NCBI GenBank assembly: GCA_963823035.1
Contig: CAWGKG010000010.1
Location: forward strand, 64,001 to 128,000
Direction: 5' to 3'
Source of the DNA: an uncultured Gemmatimonadales bacterium
GTDB taxonomy: Bacteria > Gemmatimonadota > Gemmatimonadetes > Longimicrobiales > Gaopeijiaceae
DNA length: 64,000 nt
The position numbers were made by a program, and so were the translations under genes. This document shows, in pieces, positions 10,210 to 19,797 of the stretch. How positions within the stretch are numbered: the stretch's first letter is position 1; each line of letters begins with the position of its first letter. The notes beneath the pieces were generated by a model that was given only the letters and a program-made list of their open reading frames with translations, did not search any database and was not told where the DNA came from.

Positions 10210-10231
10210 TCTACCCGTTTGGGCGGGTAGA
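10210..10231. promoter_or_regulatory. Inverted repeat upstream of arsR, candidate ArsR operator
   Basis: TCTACCCG-N6-CGGGTAGA overlapping a TAGATT -10-like hexamer. Confidence 0.5.
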
Positions 10232-10253
10232 TTTGGCCATCGGGAGGAATCGG

Positions 10254-10622
10254 ATGGAACGGATCGCGCGCCTCTACAAGGCGCTCTCGGAGCCTACCCG
10301 GCTGCGCATCCTCGCGCTGCTCCTGCACCATGGGGAGCTGTGCGTGTGCGACGTCGAGGCGGCGATCGGGGCGACGCAGTCGAAGACGTCCCGGCACCTG
10401 CGCTACCTGGCCGCCGCGGGACTCGTACAGGACCGCCGCGACGGGGTACGCGTCCTCTACCGCGTCGTGGACGCGCCGGATGCCGACGCGGCCCGGGTGC
10501 TGCAGGGCTTCGGGACCTTCGCCGCGGAGGTCGCCCGCCGTGACGAGGACGAGGCGAGGCTCGATCGGTGGCGGGTCGTGGCCGTCCTGGCGGACGCGAC
10601 CGAACCCGTCGCGCTGAGGTGA
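10254..10622 (+). CDS. arsR: ArsR/SmtB metalloregulator
   Basis: KALSEPTRLRIL, ELCVCD metal-binding motif, SRHLRYL; GGAGG RBS. Confidence 0.9.
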   Translation: MERIARLYKALSEPTRLRILALLLHHGELCVCDVEAAIGATQSKTSRHLRYLAAAGLVQDRRDGVRVLYRVVDAPDADAARVLQGFGTFAAEVARRDEDEARLDRWRVVAVLADATEPVALR

Positions 10623-11596
10623 CCTCTCTGTTCCGCGTCTTCACGCTCGTCGCAGACGGCATCACGTACGGACTCCTGGGCCTCGACCCGGAGACACGCG
10701 CGGCCGCCGCGCTCCACTTCTTCGTCGAGGACGTGACGAAGATCTTCGCGCTGCTCGTGACCGTGATCTTCGTGATGGGCCTCTTCCGGTCGATGCTCTC
10801 GCCCGAGCGCGTACGCGCCTCCCTCGAGGGACGGTCGCGGTGGGCGGCGTACGGGATGGCCGTGGTGCTCGGCGGGGTGACGCCCTTCTGCTCGTGCTCC
10901 TCGGTCCCGCTCTTCATCGGATTCGTGGAGGCGGGGATCCCGGTGGGTGCCACCATGGCCTTCCTCATCGCCTCGCCCATGATCAACGAGGTGGCCGTGG
11001 TGCTGCTCCTGAGCCTCCTCGGGTGGAAGCTCACCGTGCTCTACGTGGCCACCGGACTGGTGGTCGGGGTCGCGGGGGGCGCGCTCATCGACGGTCTGCG
11101 CCTGGAGCGCTGGGTGGAGGACTATGTGTGGAAGATCCGCATGGGCGACGGGGGCGCGGCGGCGGTCGACCGTACCTCGATCCGTGCACGCGCGGATTTC
11201 GCCTGGGGAGAGGTACGCGACATCCTGGGCCGGATCTGGGCCTACGTCCTTATCGGGGTCGGGCTCGGGGCGGCGTTGCACGGCTTCGTTCCCGAGGATT
11301 TCTTCGCGCGCTGGGCGGGCGCCTCGAACCCGTTCGCCGTGCCCCTGGCGGTGCTTGCCGGGGTGCCGATGTACGCCAACGCGTCCGGGATCATCCCCGT
11401 CGCGGAGGCGCTGCTGGGCAAGGGCGTTCCCGTCGGTACCGTGCTCGCGCTCATGATGAGCGTGGTCGCGCTCTCGCTGCCCGAGATGATCATCCTGCGC
11501 AAGGTGCTGAAGGTCCGGATGCTCGGCTTCTTCGCAGCCTACCTGACCGTCGCCTTCGTGGCGGTCGGCTACCTCTTCAACGCCATCCGTCTCTAG
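10619..11596 (+). CDS. arsP: ArsP/DUF318-family permease
   Basis: TPFCSCSSVP, FLIASPMINE, GVPMYAN, LSLPEMIILRKVLK; GTGA overlap with arsR. Confidence 0.85.
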   Translation: MTSLFRVFTLVADGITYGLLGLDPETRAAAALHFFVEDVTKIFALLVTVIFVMGLFRSMLSPERVRASLEGRSRWAAYGMAVVLGGVTPFCSCSSVPLFIGFVEAGIPVGATMAFLIASPMINEVAVVLLLSLLGWKLTVLYVATGLVVGVAGGALIDGLRLERWVEDYVWKIRMGDGGAAAVDRTSIRARADFAWGEVRDILGRIWAYVLIGVGLGAALHGFVPEDFFARWAGASNPFAVPLAVLAGVPMYANASGIIPVAEALLGKGVPVGTVLALMMSVVALSLPEMIILRKVLKVRMLGFFAAYLTVAFVAVGYLFNAIRL

Positions 11597-11633
11597 GGTG
11601 GGAATACCGGACGATGGCGACCGGGAAGGGACC

Positions 11634-11876
11634 ATGAAGGACATCAAGGTGCTGGGCGCGGGATGCAGGAGCTGCCGGCTCACGGCCGAGCTGCTCGAGC
11701 GCGAGGCGGCCTCCCACGGTGTCGCCATCCGTGTCGAGAAGGTCACCAACGTCGCCGACATCATGGAGTGGGGGGTGATGAGCACCCCGGGCGTGGTCGT
11801 GGACGGGCGTGTGGTGCACACGGGCGGGGTACCGCACGTCCGGGCCGTGCGCGAATGGTTGGGCATCGGCGCGTAG
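11634..11876 (+). CDS. Small thioredoxin-like redox-active disulfide protein (Thioredoxin_3/MTH895-like)
   Basis: IKVLGAGCRSC and GVMSTPGVVVDG. Confidence 0.88.
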   Translation: MKDIKVLGAGCRSCRLTAELLEREAASHGVAIRVEKVTNVADIMEWGVMSTPGVVVDGRVVHTGGVPHVRAVREWLGIGA

Positions 11877-11928
11877 CGCTACCGCCCCCGCCCATTCCAC
11901 AGCGGGGCCATCGTTCCTAGTTTGGCGG

Positions 11929-13749
<1,821 letters not shown>

Positions 13750-13767
13750 GGGAGCCCGCCCCCCTGA

Positions 13768-14196
13768 TCAGTCGTAGTCGCGCCGCACCTCCTCCGTGGC
13801 GAGCAGCGCCTCGTTCCGCGCCAGCACGGGAAGGGACTCGAGCCTGCGGTGGACCTTCATGTACTTCTCGGGGATCGGGTGGGTACCGAGCACCACCGGC
13901 ACGCCGTACCGCTCCTGGATGAAGGACTGGAAGTACTCGAGGTACGGACACGGCGGATAACCCACGACCATCCCCGTGGCCAGGTGAATGGCCTCCGCGC
14001 CGTTCCGGATCATCTCCTCGGGCACGTACTCGACGTTGCCGCCCGGGCACCCCGCGCAGGTGGCGTACCCGACCACGTCGAGACGCTCGTCCGCGGAGTA
14101 CCTGCTGAACCCGCCCGCCCGCTCCCGGACCGCCCGGAAGCACTTCCCACCACCGCACGTGCGGTAGCGGTCGCAGATGATGATGCCGATACGCAT
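13768..14196 (-). CDS. CGGC-domain putative metal/Fe-S binding protein
   Basis: IIICDRYRTCGGGKC, TCAGCPG, IHLATG, YPPCP, VVLGTH. Confidence 0.85.
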   Translation of the reverse strand: MRIGIIICDRYRTCGGGKCFRAVRERAGGFSRYSADERLDVVGYATCAGCPGGNVEYVPEEMIRNGAEAIHLATGMVVGYPPCPYLEYFQSFIQERYGVPVVLGTHPIPEKYMKVHRRLESLPVLARNEALLATEEVRRDYD

Positions 14197-14211
14197 GACG
14201 CCCTCCCGCGG

Positions 14212-14595
14212 CTAGTGCCACATACCGTGTCCAGGACCCGCCCCACCGCGGCAGGCCTCCTTCGGCTCGATCTCCTTCAGTCCGCCCGAGCGCACCTGCG
14301 CGAGGACGTGGCCCAGCGTGGAGGCCGAGGTCAGGTAGGTGGGGATGCCGGCCGCCGCCAGGCGGCCGAGCGCCGACCCGCCGATGCCGGCCACGACCAC
14401 CGCGTCGGGCCGGAGCGCCGAGAGCTGGCCGATCGGGTCGCAGTGTCCGTGCTCGTGGTCGACGTGGCGGTTGGCCACCGCCTCGACCTCGCCGGTGGTC
14501 GAGTCGATCACGCTGAAGAAGGGGGCCTTGCCGAAGTGCCGCGAGACGGCCGCGTCGGGCCCCTCATTCGTTTCCGTCGGTACGCAGATGCGCAT
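14212..14595 (-). CDS. NifB/NifX (MTH1175/ORP-like) metal-cluster-binding family protein
   Basis: MRICVP...VSRHFGKAPFF...DAVVVAGIG; His-rich loop HVDHEHGHC. Confidence 0.85.
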   Translation of the reverse strand: MRICVPTETNEGPDAAVSRHFGKAPFFSVIDSTTGEVEAVANRHVDHEHGHCDPIGQLSALRPDAVVVAGIGGSALGRLAAAGIPTYLTSASTLGHVLAQVRSGGLKEIEPKEACRGGAGPGHGMWH

Positions 14596-14878
14596 CTTCC
14601 TCACCCTTGCGGATGACCAGAGCCCGGCCGTCGACCAGGCAGCCGACGACCGTCGCGCGGGCGCGCTTCACCAGCCGCTGCACCGTGCCGCGTGACACCC
14701 CCATCCGCCTTCCCGCCGCCTCCTGATCCAAACCCTCGAGGTCGCAGAGCCGGAGCGCCTCGAGCTCACTCAGCCCCAGCTCCGCCGTCTCCAGCTCGGT
14801 CATGGGGATGCTGCGTGGCTTGAAGACGGGGTCTCCGCTGAATCGGCGGCAGGCGCGGCGCTTCTTCGGACGGGGCAA
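14564..14878 (-). CDS. DUF134 family HTH DNA-binding protein
   Basis: PRPKKRR...FKP...ELEALRLCDLEGLDQEAAGRRMGVSRGT; TTG start with GGAG RBS. Confidence 0.85.
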   Translation of the reverse strand: MPRPKKRRACRRFSGDPVFKPRSIPMTELETAELGLSELEALRLCDLEGLDQEAAGRRMGVSRGTVQRLVKRARATVVGCLVDGRALVIRKGEEDAHLRTDGNE

Positions 14879-14889
14879 AGAGGCTCCAG

Positions 14890-14909
14890 TTATGGGTATA
14901 TGCACAAAA
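14890..14909. promoter_or_regulatory. AT-rich imperfect palindrome, candidate DUF134 operator
   Basis: TTATGGGTATATGCACAAAA, 14 of 20 positions match its reverse complement, immediately upstream of the DUF134 RBS. Confidence 0.5.
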
Positions 14910-15020
14910 TAGCCGATCGTCCCGGCCGCCTCAAGGCGGGTCGCCGCGCTGGAGCCTCCCCACTTCGCGCGGATCACTTAACTTTGAAGAGGAAGTCTTC
15001 TCCTGGAGGTAGCCGGAGCA

Positions 15021-16391
15021 GTGGACGAGACGCGTTTCTTCGAGGCGGTCCTTCGCTGCGTCGCCGACGGTGTGTTCACCGTGGATCGCGACTGGCGGAT
15101 CTCGTCGTTCAACCGCGCCGCCGAGCGTATCACGGGCATCACGGCGGAGCGGGCGATCGGCAAGCGCTGTTCGGAGGTGTTCCACTCCGACCTGTGCGAG
15201 CACGCCTGCCCGATCGGGGAGACGCTGGAGACGGGCCAGGAGGTGATCGACCGTTCGGCCCGGATCCTGACACACCGGGGGCGATGCGTCCCGATCTCGG
15301 TGAGCGCGGCAGCGCTGCGCGCCGACGATGGCACGCTCCTCGGCGCCGTCGAGACCTTCCGCGACCTCTCCATCCTCGAAGAGCTCCGGCGCGAGGTCCT
15401 CAGCCGGTACACCTTCGAGGACATCATCGGGAAGAGCGAGGCCTTCCAGAAGATCTTCGCGATCCTCCCCGACATCGCCTCCAGCGGCAGCACCGTGCTG
15501 CTCGAGGGACCGAGCGGGTCCGGGAAGGAGCTGCTGGCCCGCGCGATCCACAACCTGAGCCAGCGGAGCAAGCGCCCCTACGAGGTGGTGAACTGCGGTA
15601 CGCTCCCGCCGAACCTCTTCGAGTCGGAGCTCTTCGGCTACAAGCGGGGGGCCTTCACGGACGCACGGAAGGACAAGCCTGGACGCATCACGGCGGCGGA
15701 GGGCGGCACGATCTTCTTCGACGAGATCGGCGACCTCCCCCTCGAGACGCAGGTGAAGCTGCTCCGGTTGCTCCAGGAGCGCGAGTACCACCCGCTGGGG
15801 TCGGTGGACAGCCGTCGCGCCGACGTGCGCATCGTGGCCGCGACCAACCGCGACCTCGCCACGCTCGTGAGCCAGGGGCGCTTTCGCGACGACCTCTACT
15901 TCCGCTTGGCCGTGGTGCGGCTCGTGATCCCCCCGCTCGCCGAGCGCAGGGAGGACATCCCCTATCTGGTCGAGCACTTCATACGCCGCTTCAACGCCAA
16001 GAAGGACCGGAGGATCCAGGGCGTGACGCCCGAGGTCATGGAGATCCTCATGCGGCACCACTTCCCGGGCAACGTCCGCGAGCTCGAGAACATCATCGAG
16101 TACGGGTTCGTCCTCTGCCACAACGGCCTGATGGAGGTACGCCACCTTCCCGACGACGTCAGGGCGGGATGGAAGCCGACGCCGGCGGCCACGCCGCCGC
16201 TCAACGGGTCCCCCCTGGATCGCGGTGAGTCCGAGGTGATCCGCAGCGCCCTGCGCCGCCACGGCGGGCGGCGGGACGCGGCCGCGCGTGAGTTGCGTAT
16301 CAGCCGCACCACGCTCTGGCGCAAGATGAAGAAGCACGGCATCGCCGACGCCGAGCCCTCCCCGCACCGTTCCGGCGTTTCATCCACGTAA
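15021..16391 (+). CDS. Sigma-54-dependent activator, PAS-AAA+-HTH, OrpR-like
   Basis: PAS with [14 protein letters not shown] (CX8CX3C), [28 protein letters not shown], Fis-type [12 protein letters not shown]. Confidence 0.92.
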   Translation: MDETRFFEAVLRCVADGVFTVDRDWRISSFNRAAERITGITAERAIGKRCSEVFHSDLCEHACPIGETLETGQEVIDRSARILTHRGRCVPISVSAAALRADDGTLLGAVETFRDLSILEELRREVLSRYTFEDIIGKSEAFQKIFAILPDIASSGSTVLLEGPSGSGKELLARAIHNLSQRSKRPYEVVNCGTLPPNLFESELFGYKRGAFTDARKDKPGRITAAEGGTIFFDEIGDLPLETQVKLLRLLQEREYHPLGSVDSRRADVRIVAATNRDLATLVSQGRFRDDLYFRLAVVRLVIPPLAERREDIPYLVEHFIRRFNAKKDRRIQGVTPEVMEILMRHHFPGNVRELENIIEYGFVLCHNGLMEVRHLPDDVRAGWKPTPAATPPLNGSPLDRGESEVIRSALRRHGGRRDAAARELRISRTTLWRKMKKHGIADAEPSPHRSGVSST

Positions 16392-16418
16392 CGCCTGCAA
16401 CGTCCGGTCCGTTTCAGG
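16375..16418. promoter_or_regulatory. Candidate upstream activator sites (two adjacent imperfect inverted repeats)
   Basis: GCGTT-N10-AACGC (16375-16394) and CCTGCAACG-N7-CGTTTCAGG (16394-16418), both containing CGTTTCA. Confidence 0.45.
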
Positions 16419-16524
16419 ATCGGAATACCCCCCTCATCCGAACGCTGCGCCGCGCCCTTCCTCGATCGGCGTAAAGCGTTGTGACCCCGCGACTTGTCGC
16501 GTCCTGCGCCCGGTGGTGCCGCCG

Positions 16525-16540
16525 CGGTGTGGGTCTTGCT
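16525..16540 (+). promoter_or_regulatory. Sigma-54 (-24/-12) promoter
   Basis: CGGTGTGGGTCTTGCT with GG(16526-7)-N10-GC(16538-9) and TTGCT, upstream of AGGAGG RBS and downstream of the activator gene. Confidence 0.6.
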
Positions 16541-16568
16541 CCTGAAACAGGGCAACCAGGAGGTGTGC

Positions 16569-16937
16569 GTGAGGGTCGCGGTTCCGCGAATGGGTGAGAC
16601 GGTAGCGCCGTGCTTCGAGTACTGCGCGACCATGGCCGTGTTCACCATCGAGGGCGACCGCGTCGTCGACCAGGTCGACTTCCCCCTGCGCAGCCGCGAG
16701 CCGTACGACCGCGTCCGCCTCCTCCGGAACCAGAGGGTCGACACCGTGATCTGCGGCGGGATGCAGGAGTTCTACGAGGGCGTCCTGAAAGCCAGCGGAT
16801 TCGAGGTCATCTCCTGGGTCTCCGGATGGGTCGAAGACCTCCTGGACATGTACCTGCGAGGTCGCCTCGTCCCGGGAACCGAGCTTCCCGAGCGCGGCGG
16901 GGCGATGAGCCCCGCCGGCGGCCGTTTCATGGAGTGA
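16569..16937 (+). CDS. NifB/NifX family protein
   Basis: RVAVP...VAPCFEYC...VDTVICGG...EVISWVSG.VEDLL..YL.G.L; AGGAGG RBS. Confidence 0.8.
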   Translation: MRVAVPRMGETVAPCFEYCATMAVFTIEGDRVVDQVDFPLRSREPYDRVRLLRNQRVDTVICGGMQEFYEGVLKASGFEVISWVSGWVEDLLDMYLRGRLVPGTELPERGGAMSPAGGRFME

Positions 16938-16943
16938 CAACCG

Positions 16944-18314
16944 GTGGCCACACCGAGCCGATACAGCTATCACGTCGAGGCGGGGGCGCTCGAGCGGAGC
17001 GACCGACCGAGGAAGTTTCTCGAGGCCTTCGCGGCGATCCTCGAGCACGGGAGCTACGCCGTCGCTCTCGACACCTATGCGCGCACCAGCGCCAAGTGCG
17101 GACGGTGCGCCTCGGACTGCCAGCTCTACGAGGCGACGGGCGCGCCCGAGGACATCCCCTGTCACCGCTCCGAGCTGCTCCTGCGCGTCTATCGCCGCTA
17201 CTTCATGCCCTCCGGCGTCCTCAAGGCCAGGCTGTTCGGGGGCTTCGAGCTCACCGACGCCTACCTCGACGAGATGGCGGAGGCCTACTACCGCTGCACG
17301 GCGTGCCGGCGCTGCAAGGCCTCCTGCCCGATGGGGCTCGACCACGGCCTGGTCACGCACCTGGCCCGGTGGGCGCTCGCGGAGGTGGGCATCATTCCAC
17401 GCGCGCTCCTCGTCTCCGTGCGCGAGCAGCTCGAGGGAAAGTCGGGCAACACCTCGGCGATCCCCCTGCCCGCGCTCAAGGACACGTGCGAGTTCCTCAC
17501 GGAGGAGCTGCACGACCTCTACGACGTCGACATCGAATACCCGTTCGACGTGGAGGGCGCCGAGTACGTGTTCTTCCCGGCCGTGTCGGACTTCATCATG
17601 GAGGCCGACACCCTGATGGGGAACGCGGCCGTGATGCACGTCACCGGGGGCTCGTGGACGATCGGCACCGGCAACTACGACGGCATCAACTACGGGCTGT
17701 TCTACAGCGACCGGGTGATGGAGCGCGTGGTGAAGCGCATCGTGGCGGAGGTGCACCGCCTCGGCGGGCGGAAGATCCTGGTGGGAGAGTGCGGCCACGC
17801 CACGCGGTCCGCGTGGTTCGCACCTACGATGTCGCGGGCCGGACGCGCCCGAGGTGGTGCACTGCATCGAGTACGCCTACGACATGCTCGAAGCGGGGAG
17901 GATCCCCCTGAAGGCGGAGCGTATCCCCGAGCGCGTCACCTACCACGACCCGTGCAACATCGCCCGCGTCGGGCGCATCACCGAGCAGCCGCGCGAGATC
18001 CTGAAGGCGATCTGCTCCGACTACGTGGAGATGACGCCGAACCGCACGCGGAACTACTGCTGCGGCGGGGGCGGGGGGCATGGTGTCGATCGACGAGATC
18101 CGCGCCTTCCGCACGGGGCCGATGGGACAGCGCAAAGCCGAGCAGATCCGCGCCACCGGAGCGCAGATCGTCGTGTCGCCGTGCGCCAACTGCAAGAAAC
18201 AGCTCCGTGAGCTGTGCCAGGACAACGACCTCGGGGATGTCGAGGTCGTAGGCGTCCACGATCTGCTTCTTCGCGCCATCGACTTCTCGGCCACGCGCGC
18301 CGAAGGGGGGCTGA
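16944..18314 (+). CDS. HmcF/DsrK/HdrD-like Fe-S protein with CCG domains (frameshifts near 17830 and 18075)
   Basis: SAKCGRCASDC and CTACRRCKASCP ferredoxin motifs, GECGH, TYHDPC, NYCCGGGG, SPCANC across ORFs 16944, 17854 and 18080; stop inferred at TGA 18312-18314. Confidence 0.82.
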
Positions 18315-18316
18315 CG

Positions 18317-19018
18317 ATGGAAGGCTGGCTCCATTTCGCGCGCGGGCCGCTCTTCCAGGCCGCCCTCGCGTTCATGATCCTCGGTCTGGCGCGCCAGCTC
18401 GCCCTGACGCTGTGGAGCGCACGGCGCACCTGGCGCAGGGCGGGGGACCGGACGCTCCCGACCGGACAGGTGGCCCGCGCCACCCTGCGCTGGCTGGTGC
18501 CGTTCGGCCATCTGCGTGAGCGCTGGCCGTACGGCGTGACCACGCTCGTCTTCCACGCGGGCGTGCTCCTCGTGCCGCTCTTCCTGGCCGGGCACATCGC
18601 GCTGTGGCAGCGGGGCGTCGGGCTCTCCTGGCCGGCGCTGCCCAACGCGGTCGCCACGGGCCTGACGATCGCGGTGGTCGTCACCGCGGTCGCCGTGATG
18701 GCACTGCGCGCCGGGTCGCGGGCGACGCGGCCGCTCGGCCGCTTCCAGGACTACGCGCTCCCGGTGCTGGTGGGCGGTGCGTTCGTTTCCGGCTTCTGGG
18801 TGATGCACCCGGCGTGGAACCCCCTCCCGGCCGATCCCACGCTCCTCGCGCACGTCCTCGCGGCCGACCTCCTCCTCGCGCTGGTCCCGCTCACCAAGCT
18901 GAGCCACATGATCCTCCTGCCCCTGACCCAGCTGGTCTCCGAGTTGGCCTGGCACTTCCCGCCGGACGCGGGTAGCCGGGTCGCCGCGACGCTGGGGAAG
19001 GAGAACGAGCCGATATGA
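18317..19018 (+). CDS. HmcE/DsrM/NarI-like membrane cytochrome b
   Basis: About five TMs with His pairs FHAG...LAGH and LAH...TKLSH; ATG 18317 inside ORF 18080-19018. Confidence 0.8.
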   Translation: MEGWLHFARGPLFQAALAFMILGLARQLALTLWSARRTWRRAGDRTLPTGQVARATLRWLVPFGHLRERWPYGVTTLVFHAGVLLVPLFLAGHIALWQRGVGLSWPALPNAVATGLTIAVVVTAVAVMALRAGSRATRPLGRFQDYALPVLVGGAFVSGFWVMHPAWNPLPADPTLLAHVLAADLLLALVPLTKLSHMILLPLTQLVSELAWHFPPDAGSRVAATLGKENEPI

Positions 19019-19797
19019 TCCACGCACCCGCGATCCTCGTCGACAGCACACGCTGCACCGGCTGCGAGGAATGCGTCCTGGCCTGCAAGGACGAGAAGGG
19101 GCTGGGCGCGGACCGGCTTCGCGCCGGCCAGGAGACCGTGGACGGGCTCTCCTCCACGCGCTTCACCACGGTCCTGCGGCGCCCGGAGGAGCGCTTCGTC
19201 AAGCAGCAGTGCCGTCACTGCCTGGAGCCCGCATGCGTGAGCGCCTGCCTGGTGGGCGCGATGCAGAAGACGCCGGAGGGCCCGGTGATCTACGACTCCG
19301 AGCTGTGCATGGGCTGCCGCTACTGCCTCGTCGCCTGCCCGTACGGCGTTCCGCGCTACGAGTGGGAGGAGGCGGTTCCCTACGTACGCAAGTGCGACCT
19401 CTGCTACCCACGCCTGCAGGAGGGGAAGGAGCCGGCGTGCGTCGAGGCGTGCCCGCAGGAGGCGCTCCTCTTCGGCAGTCGGGACGACCTGCTCCGCGAG
19501 GCGCACCGGCGCATCGCGGCCGAGCCGGGCCGCTACGTCGACCACGTGTGGGGCGAGAAGGAGGTGGGGGGCACGTCGGTGCTCTACCTGGCGGACATGT
19601 CGCTCGGCTTCCTGGGCTGGAGCAGCGAGCTCGCCGACACGCCGCTCCCCATGCTGAGCTGGGCGTCGCTCGAGAAGGTGCCGCCCGTGGTGGTCGGAAT
19701 GGCGTCCCTCATGGGCGGGGTCCACTGGGTCATCCGGCGACGCATGAGGCTCGCCGCGCGGGCCGCCGACGAGGCCTCGGGAGGCGAAGATGACTGA
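19015..19797 (+). CDS. HmcB/HybA/DsrO-like 4x[4Fe-4S] protein with C-terminal TM anchor
   Basis: CTGCEECVLAC, CRHCLEPACVSAC, CMGCRYCLVAC, CDLC...ACVEAC; GEKEVGGTS. Confidence 0.88.
   Translation: MIHAPAILVDSTRCTGCEECVLACKDEKGLGADRLRAGQETVDGLSSTRFTTVLRRPEERFVKQQCRHCLEPACVSACLVGAMQKTPEGPVIYDSELCMGCRYCLVACPYGVPRYEWEEAVPYVRKCDLCYPRLQEGKEPACVEACPQEALLFGSRDDLLREAHRRIAAEPGRYVDHVWGEKEVGGTSVLYLADMSLGFLGWSSELADTPLPMLSWASLEKVPPVVVGMASLMGGVHWVIRRRMRLAARAADEASGGEDD

Noticed and set aside
14212..16937. NifB/NifX genes as evidence of nitrogen fixation
   Set aside because: No nifHDK or nifEN in the window; this small domain family is widespread in non-diazotrophic anaerobes.
18312..18314. TGA as selenocysteine or a read-through site
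   Set aside because: It is not at a conserved Cys position and no SECIS-like hairpin was recognised; it is better read as the normal stop displaced by a homopolymer error.
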